Positions 22,740 through 35,999 of a DNA stretch of 37,547 nucleotides are shown here, piece by piece. The first letter of the stretch is position 1; each line of letters begins with the position of its first letter. The notes beneath the pieces are model-generated. The model saw only the letters and a list, made by a program, of their open reading frames with translations, was not told where the DNA came from and searched no databases. Source of the DNA: Welwitschia mirabilis (lineage: Eukaryota); NCBI GenBank assembly GCA_051453625.1, contig JBOZIK010000001.1, positions 38,699,993 to 38,737,539 on the forward strand, given 5' to 3'. Position numbers and translations under genes: made by a program.

Positions 22740-23942
22740 GTCCTTAGATTAGAGTTCCAACAAAGGAAAGAATTTATACACATGATCTCTACATGTTATA
22801 TACATAGCCTTCTAATTTGGAAGAGTGATTTTGAAGTTGGCTTGAGAAGTTGTAATCTGAGATGTGCCTTTGGCATTGTGCAGAGCTACAGATTAATAAA
22901 AGCACTTAGTATCAAGTTCTTTTCTTGTTTTAGTTTACTTTTTGTGGATCGACTAACAAGATGTGTCTTCTTTTGTTTTTTACTTTTGCATGTTTTATAG
23001 TTTGCAACGTTTTTGTTTTGATTCTCGTGAAATAACGGTTCTTTGTCTTGTGGATGGAAATTGTACAATTTGCAAAAGCTCCAAGAGATCTACTTTTGGC
23101 TATGTTTTCATAGTTAGTGATCGTCAAATTAGTTTTGTTAGATTTGCAAACTAATGTAGTCTTATCCATAGCTGAGGTTGAATATGAAGCTTGCTCGAGA
23201 CCTCTAAATACATGATTTCATCGAGGAGGTTTGTTGACATGCTTCACATAGCCAGATTGTCAAAGCACTATATACCTCGTTGAGAAGGCAACTTTTCATG
23301 CAAGGAAAAAGTATCTTGATACTTATGCTTGTTTTGTCAGAAACCCAAAAGAAAATATATTCTCTATTATTGCCCTTGCATAGACATTTTCTCTTTTTTG
23401 TAAGGGAATTGGACTACATGTCCCATGAGATGGGCATTTTGGAGAATCAACATAAAATTGGAGTTTATTCCACTAAACACCAAAATTATTGTCTTAAACT
23501 GAAGGTATTAACATGTGTGGCAAAATCTTTTCTTCCTTCTTAGTTAATTTTCCCTACGTTCTACTTCTTAAAGGTCATGTGATGAGGCATAGGAGGAAAT
23601 TAGTAATCAATTTAAATATCAATATGAGAGGATCACCATTAATGGTCACTAAGTTTCATATTCATGGTGGATTTTAATTGCCAATTAGATGTGTGTGACA
23701 TGCTTTGCCAAGCTTGAAAGATATGAATGAGAGAAAGCAACAATTAACTGGATGATGTGTGTCAAAGGCATGTTGTCTTAAGGATTTTATTTGTTAATGA
23801 GGATAGTATATTACTTTACTCTTAGAGTTTTGATTATCTAATGCTATGGTATTGCTAATGCGACTGGTTGTCATGCATTTGATAATGGTTTGCCTTGGAA
23901 GAATGATGTTTTTGCATTGGAAGAAGACTTTTAGGTTGGTTT
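22740..23942 (+). mobile_element. Very old copia RT/RNase H remnant and start of an LTR that appears to resume at 26643-~26790
   Basis: LSIAEVEYEA near 23161-23190 (compare ALSTAEAEY). LTR-like GGATGTAGG...CTTGT...AATAAC follows the younger insertion. Boundaries are approximate. Confidence 0.5.
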
Positions 23943-26637
23943 TGTTGGAAAAAGTGAGGCCAAATTTGTCCTTTTTCTGTTGTGACATTATGTTTTAATG
24001 TTGACCCCTCTTTTTGTAATCTTGTGTGTTGTTCTTTTGCTTGTTTTTTTTTCATTTGCTGCGTTGGTTTTCATAACAACTGGTATCAGAGCCTTGGCTC
24101 GAGGTCTTGAAGCTTTTCTTGACATCTTTGAGTGAACCTCGAGAATGGAGCGAGTAAAGCTTATGGACACTGTGAAGCATGGTGATCTAGAAGAGGAAAT
24201 TTATATGCATGTACCAGAGGGCTTGGAAGTGAAAAATAAAAGTCTGGTTTGCATGTTGAGGAAGTCTATTCAATGGTACAAGAAGTTTGATGATTGTATG
24301 CAGAAACAGGGATACTCCACTTGCGATTATAAACACTGTGTGTATCTTTACATAAGTGCTTCAGGTATGATTGTCTTTTTTATGTTGTACATATTGTCTT
24401 TTTTATGTTGTACATTGATGATATGTTGGTTGCTAGAAAGAACATGAAAGAAATCAAAGGACTAAAGTATGAAATGTATAAGACTTTGGCCATTAAAGAT
24501 CTTGGACTAGCAAACCAAATCCCTGGAATGAGGACTATTGGAGATAGATCATGTCATAGGTTGTGATTATAAGCCAATCTAAATATATTGACAAAGTTTT
24601 GAAACATTTTAACATGGTAGATTGTAAACCTGTTTGTACTCCTCTAGCTATACAATTGCAATTGACTCATCAGGGTTGTCCTCCTTTAGAGAAGGAGAAG
24701 ATAGGAATGACAGGTGTGCCTTATACATCAGTTGTGGGAAGTCTGATGTATGTCATAGTCTATACTAGTGTAGACATTACTCAGGCAGTGGGGTTGTTTC
24801 TCATTTTATGATTAATCCTGGAAAAGAGCATTGAGAAGCAGTAAAATGGATTCTTCATTACTTAAAGGGAACCCAACATATGAGTTTGTGTCTTACCAAT
24901 TGTGATTTGTATGTTAAAAGGTATGTGGATGCTGATTATGCTGTTTGCAAGGATACCAGAAGGTCTACTACTACGTACGTCTTTACTCTTGGTGCTGGAG
25001 CTATTAGTTGGATGTCCTGGCTACAATCAAATGTTGCTCTTTCCACTACAAAAGCTGAGTATGTTGCCTTGACAGAAGTCATTAAGGAGATGTTGTGGCT
25101 ACGTGGTCTTCTTGGTTGGTTTGGCCTTAGTCAAACCAAGTTTCTCATGCATTGTGACAATGAGTGCCATAGATCTGACAAAGAATCTTGTTTAGACAAA
25201 ATCTTGTTTATCGTGCTAGAACTAAGCACATTTATATTAAATATAATTTCATTAGGCAAAAGGTTCGAAAAGGCCTGTTAGATTTTTGAAAGATTTAACA
25301 TGCATGCGAATCTTGCTGATTTCCTGGAAAAGGTTGTTGAGGGCATAAAGCAAAAGGCATGTTGCGATGGAGTTGGGTTGGGGATGTGATCTGGAAGCAA
25401 GGAAGTAGGCATCTCTTGGAGCTACATGAGAAGCTGTTCTTGAAGACTTGCCAAATTTGTCTTCAAGTGGAAGAATGTTGGACTAAGTGAAGCCAAATTT
25501 ATCCTTTTTTAATTGTAATGTTATGTTTTAACGTTGACCCCTCTTTTGTNNNNNNNNNNNNNNNNNNNNNNNNNNNNNNNNNNNNNNNNNNNNNNNNNNN
25601 NNNNNNNNNNNNNNNNNNNNNNNNNNNNNNNNNNNNNNNNNNNNNNNNNNNNNNNNNNNNNNNNNNNNNNNNNNNNNNNNNNNNNNNNNNNNNNNNNNNN
25701 NNNNNNNNNNNNNNNNNNNNNNNNNNNNNNNNNNNNNNNNNNNNNNNNNNNNNNNNNNNNNNNNNNNNNNNNNNNNNNNNNNNNNNNNNNNNNNNNNNNN
25801 NNNNNNNNNNNNNNNNNNNNNNNNNNNNNNNNNNNNNNNNNNNNNNNNNNNNNNNNNNNNNNNNNNNNNNNNNNNNNNNNNNNNNNNNNNNNNNNNNNNN
25901 NNNNNNNNNNNNNNNNNNNNNNNNNNNNNNNNNNNNNNNNNNNNNNNNNNNNNNNNNNNNNNNNNNNNNNNNNNNNNNNNNNNNNNNNNNNNNNNNNNNN
26001 NNNNNNNNNNNNNNNNNNNNNNNNNNNNNNNNNNNNNNNNNNNNNNNNNNNNNNNNNNNNNNNNNNNNNNNNNNNNNNNNNNNNNNNNNNNNNNNNNNNN
26101 NNNNNNNNNNNNNNNNNNNNNNNNNNNNNNNNNNNNNNNNNNNNNNNNNNNNNNNNNNNNNNNNNNNNNNNNNNNNNNNNNNNNNNNNNNNNNNNNNNNN
26201 NNNNNNNNNNNNNNNNNNNNNNNNNNNNNNNNNNNNNNNNNNNNNNNNNNNNNNNNNNNNNNNNNNNNNNNNNNNNNNNNNNNNNNNNNNNNNNNNNNNN
26301 NNNNNNNNNNNNNNNNNNNNNNNNNNNNNNNNNNNNNNNNNNNNNNNNNNNNNNNNNNNNNNNNNTATTCAAAAAAAGTAAAAACAAAAACAAAAACAAA
26401 ATGAAAAAGTGGGAAAGGGATGAGCTTTCGAGAACTTTCTACATTGACTTGGCTTGCAAAATCTATTTAAAGGTTGCTTAGGGGCTTGTTTTGTATACAT
26501 TTCTCTTACTGCTTGAAAAAGATTAAGAGCTCTGCCCGCTTTCTATGGTTTTTCCCTACATTAGGGTTTTCCATGTTAAATCTTGTGTGCTTTTCTTTTG
26601 CTTGATGTTTTCATTTGCTACATTGGTTTCCATAACA
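23943..26637 (+). mobile_element. Internally deleted copia LTR element (RT/RNase H only) with TSD
   Basis: TSD GGTTT (23938-23942 and 26638-26642). 5' LTR 23943-24078 (TGTTGG...CATAACA). Perfect PBS TGGTATCAGAGCC at 24081-24093. RT HGDLEEEIYM...LVCMLRKS, then YTSVVGSLMY, then RNase H YVDADYA...RRSTTTYVF...ALSTTKAEY. 3' LTR 25476-26637 spans an N-gap. Confidence 0.9.
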
Positions 26638-28857
26638 GGTTTGAGAGCTTTTGAGTGTTGGATGCATCTTTTGTATTGTAAATTTTGTGTTGTGATTTGC
26701 CTATGGATGTAGGTTAGAAAGAGGTCAAATAAGTCTTGTATTCTGCTCTCTATTTTCTGCTTCCACAAGTTTTTCAATTCGACAAATAACCATGACTTCT
26801 TTAATACATTATGGGTCTGAGGTCATTGAGGACATGTTGATGTTATCACAATTAAATCTGATGAAGGTCATTAACTTCGAAAAAGGATTTGGTCAACAGG
26901 TGTAGGTTAGGAGCCAGTGATTTTAATCAGAAGTCTAAAACAAATGCTTGTGAGATGATTGGATGTTCAAATCATCATAATTAAGGTTAAGATGAAAAAG
27001 GATGTGGTGCACCAAAATAGAGATTAAGATGTAGCTCATAGATTCCTCTTCCTTTGCTTGTTAATTGGTCCATGACTTGATGAGAAGCTTTCCGATTCTT
27101 TCTTCTCTCGGTAGGAATCTCCATTTCTAGTTGAGTGTAGCAGATATGCTTGACTATTAGCCAATCCTTGTGTAGGAGGAATTTTCCCTATGAGCTTTTA
27201 GTGGATTTAGCAGGTACTAAGGGACACGTGTTGCAAGCTGATCCTCCCATGCTGTTCTCATATGTGAAGCCAAATTTATTCCCTCAGCATTTGAGTGTTT
27301 TACCACATAAATTTCTCTGTGTCTTTTTTGTTTGCAGTTTTCTTTTGCGTCATTTTTTAATTGGTGCTAGGCTGCACGTTAGTACATCAGACTTTCATTT
27401 TACTACGTTATTTAGGATTTTCAAACAACAAAGTGATGTAACAGTGGTCATGTTAGTGGATGAAATGAGATGACATGTATTTGTGTTACGTAATCCTGTT
27501 GCAACATAACCAATTCTCATTGATTCCAAGACACAAAACAATGCCTGAAACATTGAGAAGAATGATTCATCATGCACAAGGAAGGAAAATAAAAAATGTT
27601 ACGGGGAAAATAAATGAAAGCACACCTTATTGATGGGGAATGCTTACATTGTTCAAAAAATGAATATTCACTACAACTGGCTTATAGTCTCTACTAGGAC
27701 TTAGTTCTTAAGGTTGGTTACTAGACCTCCCTAGCCTGTCATCCTATAGATAAAAGAGGGGATGATGGAGGAGATACAAAGAAAGTAACTTCTTTATCAC
27801 ATGCCTTACTGAGGTTTACTTAAGTCATATTGGCCTCCACCTGATCTGAACCACTTTCTAGGCCATCCTTGTAGAAGATGACATGTCTTGAGGGTTACTA
27901 TTTGATGCCATGTGTTTTAATGTCTGTAAGGCTTTTCCTCTTTCTAATTCTTCAGTTGTCTTCCAGCAAGTAGAAGACACTGTCCCTCATATGAAAAGCT
28001 TGGAGGTTTATCATTATAATGCATAATTGAAGCTAGTGTATGACATTGCCTTGAAAACTCACAATAGAAAACAGAGAAAAATAACAAATACAAACCAAAC
28101 TTGACACGTAAAACATACATAAATTTATGTGGTTTATATCCTTTCTATCCTATTTCCATGGAATGCTCTCGTTATTAACAGAAATGACAAGGACCCAAGC
28201 TATCCTCAAGAGCTGGGCATCAACACTCTAGATGAGCAAAAGAGTCATACACTCATGTTTGGATCAAACATATGCCCCCTTTTATAATAAACATTAGGGT
28301 TAAAATCCAAGAGGATAATCCAACACTGAGCTCTTTTAATTAATTTCAATAACCCCATACAAACAAGTAATCAAATAGATGGGGCTAACCATACAAAATA
28401 ATCAATGTTATTACGAAAAGGAATGAATTGAACAATTAAAGATTTGAATTCATTCTAATAAATCCCTTCTTGAAGGCAAATCTGTCTAGCCTTCAAGAAA
28501 ACATGCACTGTTCAGATGCCCATTGCTTACGTCACAACTATTCCAAGCTGCTCCTTGTAAATGTTATATTTCTTCATGTTTGTTATCATTGTCATGAAAT
28601 TAGCTACATTCCTCTTAGTAACAATTTTTGGAATCTTCGGCAAGTTCTGCACCACTTGCCTGATACAGTGGATTTTCTATGTGTTGTGTCCTTCCATGAT
28701 ATGCAGTGTTCTTAGTCAAGAAGATGGTATTTTGGCTATCACAGAACATTTTTCAAACAATGCTACATATTGGATGAAGTTACCAAAGGTTGTAGACTCT
28801 ATAAGCAATTGATTGCTTAAACGCTTAGAGCTACACTATAGCATGTTGTAGATCTAG

Positions 28858-30816
28858 TGTGGAAGATTAGTTGCAAAATTTGTGATAGAACTCATCAAAC
28901 ACCAAATTCAATTGAGCAAGAATTCCCTAAATCACAAAAAAAGTTTAGACCATGCAATAAACAGTGTCTACAAAAGTCTGTCTGCAAAAGTCTATTTTCA
29001 ATACTTTGTCTTCAATAGTTTGTTGGCAAAAGTTTGTTTTCAATATGCTGCCTGCAAAAGTCTGTTTTCAGTCTGTCTTCAACCCTCTATCTGCAAAAGT
29101 TGTTCTTAGTCCATCTTTAGTACTTCATCTGCAAGAGTCTGTCTTCAATACTGTGTCTGCAAGTCTATCTTCAAAAGTTTGTCTGCAAAAGTCTATTTTC
29201 AATGCTCTGTCTGCAGAAGTTCGTTTCCAGTTTGTCTTCAATGTCCTGTCTGCAAAACTCTATCCTGTTTGCAAAAGTCAGTTTTCAGTCTATCTTTTGC
29301 ATTTTCTCCACAATACGCCATCTCCACCACTTCATCTGCAAAACTCTCTCTGCAGCACTTCATCAACAAAACTCCGTCTCTAGCACTCCGTTTGCGAAAC
29401 TCTGTCTCCAGCGCTTCATTTGCAAAATTCTATCTTTAGCACTCCATCTGCAAAACTCTGTCTCCAGCAGTTTGTCTGCAAAACTTTGTCTCCAACATTC
29501 CATTTGCGACACTCCGTCTCCAGCACTTCGTCTGCAAAACTCCGTCTCCAGCAATTTACGTGCGAAACTCCATCTCCAGCACTTCATCTACAAAAGCCTG
29601 CTTTCCATCTGTAAAGCCTCATTTCCAGCATTCTGTCTGCGGAAATCTACATACAGAATCCAGTCCACGAAACTGTGTCTTCAAAAAGATGTCTCCGAAG
29701 CTCCGTCTTCAAAACAAGTTTCGCAGACAGTCTGTAGAAACAGGAAGAAAAGTCGAAATTGACCTCTTCCATGATCCTAGCACAGTCCACCTGTCCCTAT
29801 TTTCTTTAGGGTCTAATCCTAATAAATCTTCACATATCCCACTCTTTCCTCAACCTGTCAACCACTTTCTTCCATTATAAATTCGACCCTACTGTGTGAG
29901 AAAAGAGAGAGAAGAAAGAAGAAAACTTGAAGAAAGCATTCAGCCGTCGGAAGGGAGCAAGTCTACTAGTCATTAGCAAGTTTTTCTTCAGCCAAGAATC
30001 AAGTCCAAGCATCACTGCAACTTTAGGAGCCAAAGGTCTCCTTGAACATCGGGCCCAAAACAACTTGAATCTTGTAAGTCCATTTCATGTAAGTCAATAA
30101 AATTATCATCTTTCTCTTTCTTGGCATGTCTGATATATGTTCAGTCTTCCCTTAATGATTTTACGAGTCAAATATGTCATTTAGAGTTTTAAAAATGTTT
30201 CTTCATCATTTTGAAAGTTCTGCATGTTAATATTCATCACTCTGTCTTCTAAATAGTTCTATTTAGTTTACTAAACCCACTTCAGAAGGTCTGTTTAGTT
30301 ATTTAATCTGCTAAAATAGTTGCATTTCACTTACCGATCAGGCTTTTCTCGTCCATCAAATAATGTTGCGCTATTTTGATCGGCCTGTGGAACTGTTATA
30401 GTTCGTCTGCAGAATTGTCCCAGTCTGTTTGCAGAACTGTTCAGTTGTCTGCTAAACAGTTTAGTTCGTCTGCAAAGCGGTTTTGATTCTTGATTGAAAA
30501 CTATAATCAAAACATTTTATCTGCTAAGTCATTCTATGATGTTTTCTAAGTTCATCTAATACATCTGTTAGATCTTCTGTCTATTTTTGTCTGCGAAACA
30601 GTCTTCTGTGTTTGCAGAACTGCACAATTTCGTTCCTACAGTCTTTGGTCAGTTTGTTCAATCGATTTTGTCCTATCATCTTAATTCTTAGCTCATTTAT
30701 TAATAAAATCGTTCTAGCATTGCCTAAGGGTACTTTTTTTTTTTTTTAAACAAAGCACACCTCTACAATTTTTACTTTCTAAAGGAAAAATCGAAGTTTT
30801 TCCCTTCCTCAAAACA
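28858..30816 (+). mobile_element. Probable Gypsy (Tat/Ogre-like) solo LTR inserted in the copia RNase H
   Basis: Host RH homology stops near 28857 and resumes after ~30817. The insert has TG...CA ends (TGTGGAAG...CTTCCTCAAAACA), a tandem array, TATAAAT at ~29876 followed by a GA-rich tract, and AATAAA at ~30097. No TSD confirmed. The lineage call is inference. Confidence 0.6.
28965..29595 (+). repeat. Minisatellite: ten 28-bp units (29316-29595) preceded by a looser related TCTGCAAAA array
   Basis: Consensus CTCCGTCTCCAGCACTTCATCTGCAAAA with exact 28-bp periodicity (29316, 29344 ... 29568). Upstream units resemble GTCTGTCTGCAAAAGTCTATTTTCAAT. Confidence 0.92.
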
Positions 30817-33800
30817 GTGCCTAAATTTCGTTACTGACCCCTTATCAGTCTTAAAGTCTGGAAATTCATTTATCCTTCTATCAAGCCATCTATGTCAAGT
30901 CATTTGGAAAGTTTTACAAATCGTAGCAACAAAATTAGCATTCACATAACCATGGACATTTGAATTTCCTCCACTAAAGCATGGACTTGCAACTGTTTGT
31001 CCTTCAAGTTTCGCAAAGTCCAATTCGTAGCCACTCAATGATTTAAGCGAGAATTACTCATAAACCTACTAACAATGCTAACAACATATGCAATATCAGG
31101 ACGATTACATATCATGGCATATGCAAGTGACCTAACAGCTAACATATAAGAGACATTTTTCATTCTCTTAGCTTTTTCTTTAGTTCTTTTAAACCTGCAC
31201 GGTCATCTTTGTATAGCTGCAAATGGGAATCCAACAGAGTTTTTTACACATTCGGCATTTTGCATGCCAAACCTTTGCTATAAAATCAGCTTAACTTAGC
31301 CATAGCAGCCCCATCGTTTCGTTCCTAAAGTCTTTTATGCCAAAACTTTGCTTTGTTGCTTCCAAGTCTTTTATGGCAAATTGCTTACTCATTTCAGCGT
31401 GAAGTCTATGTGATTTACAGTGATAAGCATATCATCAAATATAGTAAAAGAGTGTAGAGATTACCTTCATGTTATCTGGAAAGGTATACACAGTGATCAA
31501 AATTACTTTTATTATAGTATTGGCTTATGATGAACACATTCAACTTCTTGTACCACTATCTAAAAGCCTATTTTAGTCCATGTATGCTTTTCTTCAACTT
31601 GCATACATAATTGGAGTATTTAATATTCACAAAACCTTAGGGGCTGGTTCATGTATATCTCTTCTTCAAGATCCCATGCAAAAATGTTGTTTTCACATCT
31701 ACTTGTTTCAATTTGAAATCTAAACAAGCTATTGACACCAAAATAAATTTGATGAAAGACTGCTTTATAACTAGTGAAAATATTTCAGTAAAATCTATAC
31801 ATTTTTTTGGTGCAAAACCTTTTACCACCAACCTAGCTTGCTTTGTCTTCGAATCATTTGAATCTGTTTTAATTCGCAGACCCACTTGCCAGGCTAAGAA
31901 TTCCTTCCCTTAAGCAAGGACACAAGATCACAAGTCTTATTTTGATGCAAAGATCTCCATTCTTCAATCATAGCATTCTGCCATTTTTCAGGATTAAATG
32001 AGAACCTTGCTTCTGCAAATTTTTAGGTTCTCCATTGCTTGTAATCAGAACATAATGCAGAGAAAGAAAATACATAGACCTCCTAATCGAATGTAAAGGA
32101 GTTTCATTTAGGGGCTGATTTTCTTGCATCATCGGCTTCTTCATGTTCTTTGTTCTGATCATCAAGAGGAGGTGTAGGGTTTTCAACAGCAAAATCATCC
32201 TAATGCTTTTCTTCTTCTTCATCCTGTCAAAAAGGAACTACATTAAATTTGTTTTGTGGAAGGCTAGGATCAGACATTTCTTTATTTTGATTCTTAACTT
32301 GCTTGGGATAATAGAAAATATCTTCTCTAAAAGTTACATCCTTGGATCGGATTACTTCTCTACAAGGAGGGTCCCAAAGTCTGTAACCTTTGTCGTTACA
32401 CAACAGCCCACAAAGATACAGCTGCATGACCTGTCATCCATTTTGGACTGTTGTGATGCCTACACATGAAAACATGCCTTACTGCCAAACACATTTAAAT
32501 GCTGATATGAAATAGGCTTGCCTCTCCACAGAACTTTGGAAATTTGCCCTTCCAATGTAGAGTGTGGAGATCTATTTATTAGGTATGCAGCTGTGCATAC
32601 AGCCTCTGCTTAAAAACATTTTGGAAAAAATTGCACTCGCAAGTATGCATTTGGCATACTCAAACAACATTATTTTAAACCTCTCAGCAACGCCATTCTA
32701 TTTTGGTGTTTTACGTGTGATATTTTGAATGAACAATTTCTTTTTGGTTATAGGAATCAAGAAATATATGTGAGGCATACTTCCCCCTTATCAGTTCAAC
32801 AATTTTTCATCTTTAAGCTTATTTGTGTTTCTGCTCATGATGCTATAAACTATTTAGAAATGTCTAGCACCATATCCTTAGATTTCAAAGGACAAACTGA
32901 AGCCTTAATGCCTATAATCAATAAGCGACATGAGGTATTAGGAGCCAGCAAGAGAAGTAGGACGAATAAAGCCAACAACATCGGATAAATCAATCCTAAC
33001 CTGTTGTTACTTTTATGATATTCATGTCCTTCCAAAAATTAGGGGGAAAAACGATAATAGAAACATGGATATATTTTAAGGTTTGAAGTACCATTAATGT
33101 TGGGTGTCAAACATGCCGCATCTTGCGACGCCAAAGATTTGAATATTTTGCTATAACAACTTCATTGCATTCTTTAGCAATAACTGCATGTAAGATATAC
33201 ATCGAGCCTTCACTCTTTACACTAAAAAATGTCATAGCACCTTTGCTGATTTTCCACATTTTCTCTTTAAGCATTAGCTTGCAGCCCAACGTTGTCAATT
33301 GTTTGACTGACAACAAATTTCTAGTGAGACTTGGAACATGTTTGGCATTCTTAACAATCAGATTTTGTTCATTTTTGTTGTTTCAGCAAGATTGTACTAA
33401 CCTTTCAATCTTATGCTGCCTACGGTCAGCCACACACACAATATCAGTGCAAATATCATAAGAGTACAAATTATTTATGATATGGACAGAAATGAAATGA
33501 AGCATTGCTATTTCTAATCCAAAAATCATTAGGAAAATTATGAGATAGATTAACTTGCGAGTCCAAACATATGAGTGTTAAGCCTGTCTCCCCATCAACT
33601 TGATTGAAACTAGTTGTTTCTTTAGACTTCTTCTTTGATGTCTTATTTTCTTTAGATTTCTTGAAGGCATAACAATCTTCCTTGACATGGCCCTTTGCAG
33701 AATTAGCACTCGATACTTTTTTCATAAGAAGCTCTTCTGCTTTTTCTTTTGGCACATCCATTTCCTTTTGTCTGTGAGCATAAAATCCCTAGATTTGTTC

Positions 33801-34425
33801 TTCTAATACATCTAACAACTTTGAAATAATAGTGTTTAAGCTAGGAACAGTTGCTAATGCTGTTACTAGTGAGGCAGTAGGAACAATTTCTGAGAGTCAA
33901 ATAAACTGAAAATTACAACCTCTTTCAAGTTTTCTAGAAACATCACCTACAAATCATCTACCCATGAGAATAGACTTTTCATATCATCCAAATGCGGTTT
34001 CAACAAATAACCTTCTTTCATCTTCTGCTTGAGGACTTTATTCACAGTGTAGTAGTGGTTCAGTTCAGTGGGTTGGTCATAACTCTCATTTAGCATCTTC
34101 CAAAGAGAATGGGCCTCTATGTTTCCTTTATATGTCTGAAGTATTTCTGAGACAAAGCAAGAGCTATTCTGTTAGGATGATTCCATTCATCATTTGGATT
34201 CTTCTTCTAGTCATCATCAAATAGCCTAAAAGTAGCCTTTACTTCATCTTTCAGCTTCAAAACTATGTTGCATCCTTTTGAATAAAGGGCATTTTCCACT
34301 AGGGTTTTCTGGACACCCTAGTTTTCGACTTTTACTAACCTGTCCAGCATTTGCAAATGCTTAAGTTTGCTTTCTTGAAAACCCTGACAATATAGGTTGA
34401 GATTGTGAATTACAAGGGTGCCAAC

Positions 34426-35533
34426 TATTAGGATCGTATGGCACCTTAGAGGGGGGGTAAATAGGGTGATTCAAAATATTTTGGTATTAAATCAACTATT
34501 TTAACCCTTAACTAGAAAAAACAACAAAACCATAGGCATAAATAAAACCAAACCACAAGCATCAAGAGAACACTAGAGATTTATAGTGGTTCGGCCCTTT
34601 ACGTACTCCACTCTTAGAGGGCAGCAACAACTTTTAGCCTCCTGGTTCCTTTAAACTCCAAAACTTACTAGCCCCTTTACATAGGGTTTATAGCTTCTTA
34701 CAATGCTCTTTTCTCAAAGGACTTTTCACAAATGCTTTACCTTGAGCATACAATACAAAGAGATTTGAAAAGTCTGGTGCGAGGAAGGTGCCTTAGAGTG
34801 CACTAATCATCACATAGGTAGTACAATCACTTAGGAAAAAGATTTTCAGATTTAGGAATAGTTGTACTAAATGGGATTCTTTCAGAGATAGATATAACAA
34901 ATGTTATTGCATCAGGGAGTGGTGTTCTTCAAAAAAATGTTCACACCATTTAAACAAGACTTAGCAAGATATAGTTGTTATAGCCTAAAACGATGAGCCT
35001 TCAGCCTTGGATGATGAGCTAGTGAAGTTTGATGACCGTTCGTGTCTTGACTTAAATGTTTACAACAACTATTTTTCAGCTCTAATATTTGTCTGTCTGG
35101 ACGTTTCCTTTTGAAAACTCGGACGACGTTGTTATAATACTTGGCCCTTGTCAAAACTACGTAGGATCATGGATGTCCCTGTTAAGAATCTGGACGTCCC
35201 CATAATGAGGACAGAGTACAGGGGCGGACGTTCTGCCTTAGGATCCGGACGTCCTTGTGCATTTTGCCTACAAATAGAGGTAGACGTCCTAGTTTAGTTT
35301 CTGGATGTTCCCATACATTTTTCCCGCACACAGGACTAGACGTCTCGCATTCAGCTCTGGACGTCCCTATACAATAAGCCGCATACAAGGGTAGACATCC
35401 CGGTTTCACATCTAGACGTCCATATTGGGACAGACACTAGATATCTCATTTTCGGCCCTTCTTTGATGACATCGTTTGATCTATGTCCTGCTACCGAATC
35501 TATTTATCATCATTGAAACAGAAATCTTCAACA
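34426..35533 (-). mobile_element. 3' LTR of a second Sirevirus family (~1108 bp)
   Basis: The reverse complement starts TGTTGAAG after the PPT AAAAGGGGAAGAT (35534-35546) and ends with C-rich CCTATTTACCCCCCCTCTAAGG...GATCCTAATA. Carries about 12 GGACGTCC-type palindromes (35095-35420). Further PPTs at ~35593 and ~35830. Confidence 0.88.
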
Positions 35534-35999
35534 ATCTTCCCCTTTTCAACGATGACAACTTTTCTTAGGACTTCGAAGATGGAAAAGCTGGTTGCTCCCC
35601 CTGAATTTGTGCTCATGAGATTTACTTGATGCTTGCACATTTAACTAACCAAAAAAATGTCTTTGCAAACCTTTTTAGCGCCATAGATTTTGACTTTAAA
35701 AACTTTTTTATCGAAGCACAAAAGATCGCAATATTTTTAAAGAGGACAGAGTCCATCATTGTAATGTAGAGCACAAGTACAGTTAAATTTTTTTTTTTGA
35801 CATTACTTAAGCATATGAGCTATATTAATTTCTTCCCCTTCGTCACTATCGAAAAGCAATATATAGCACAGTAAAAGAGAACAGAATGAGAGAGAAAAAG
35901 AAGGATATTTCATTACTGAAAAAAATGATTTTACAAGAGATGACAACTTCGAGATACAACTGAGAAGCGAAGAATAGATACAAGTACAAAATAAGAGCG

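Larger units (their letters stand above)
28028..34298 (-). mobile_element. Old near-complete copia (3' LTR ~28028-28460, then RH, RT, INT, PR, gag), decayed and interrupted at ~28858-30816
   Basis: PPT-like sequence at 28461-28480. RH RSTTCYSVALS near 28823-28856. RT ARLVVKGF...QVDVKTTFLHG (ORF 31649..31885). INT KGYRLWDP...SKDVTFRE (ORF 32227..32427). Pre-integrase NLWRRKMRHV, protease WIRNSNASFH, and gag remnants to ~34298. 5' LTR not found. Confidence 0.8.

Noticed and set aside
25518..26481. Long ORFs of 287-315 aa
   Set aside because: They consist almost entirely of X residues from the N-gap.
27150..27473. ORF ending SDVTVVMLVD, superficially like PP2C DDITVVV
   Set aside because: No upstream PP2C motifs, and it lies in LTR-like decayed sequence.
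29316..29595. CRISPR-like regular repeat
   Set aside because: Units are head-to-tail with no unique spacers, no cas genes are present, and the context is eukaryotic.
28964..29880. Overlapping Ser/Leu/Cys-rich ORFs in several frames
   Set aside because: A by-product of a stop-poor 28-bp tandem repeat. No recognisable domain.
34298..34322. 8-bp hairpin ACTAGGGT...ACCCTAGT
   Set aside because: Too short to support a function. It is probably part of another LTR fragment.
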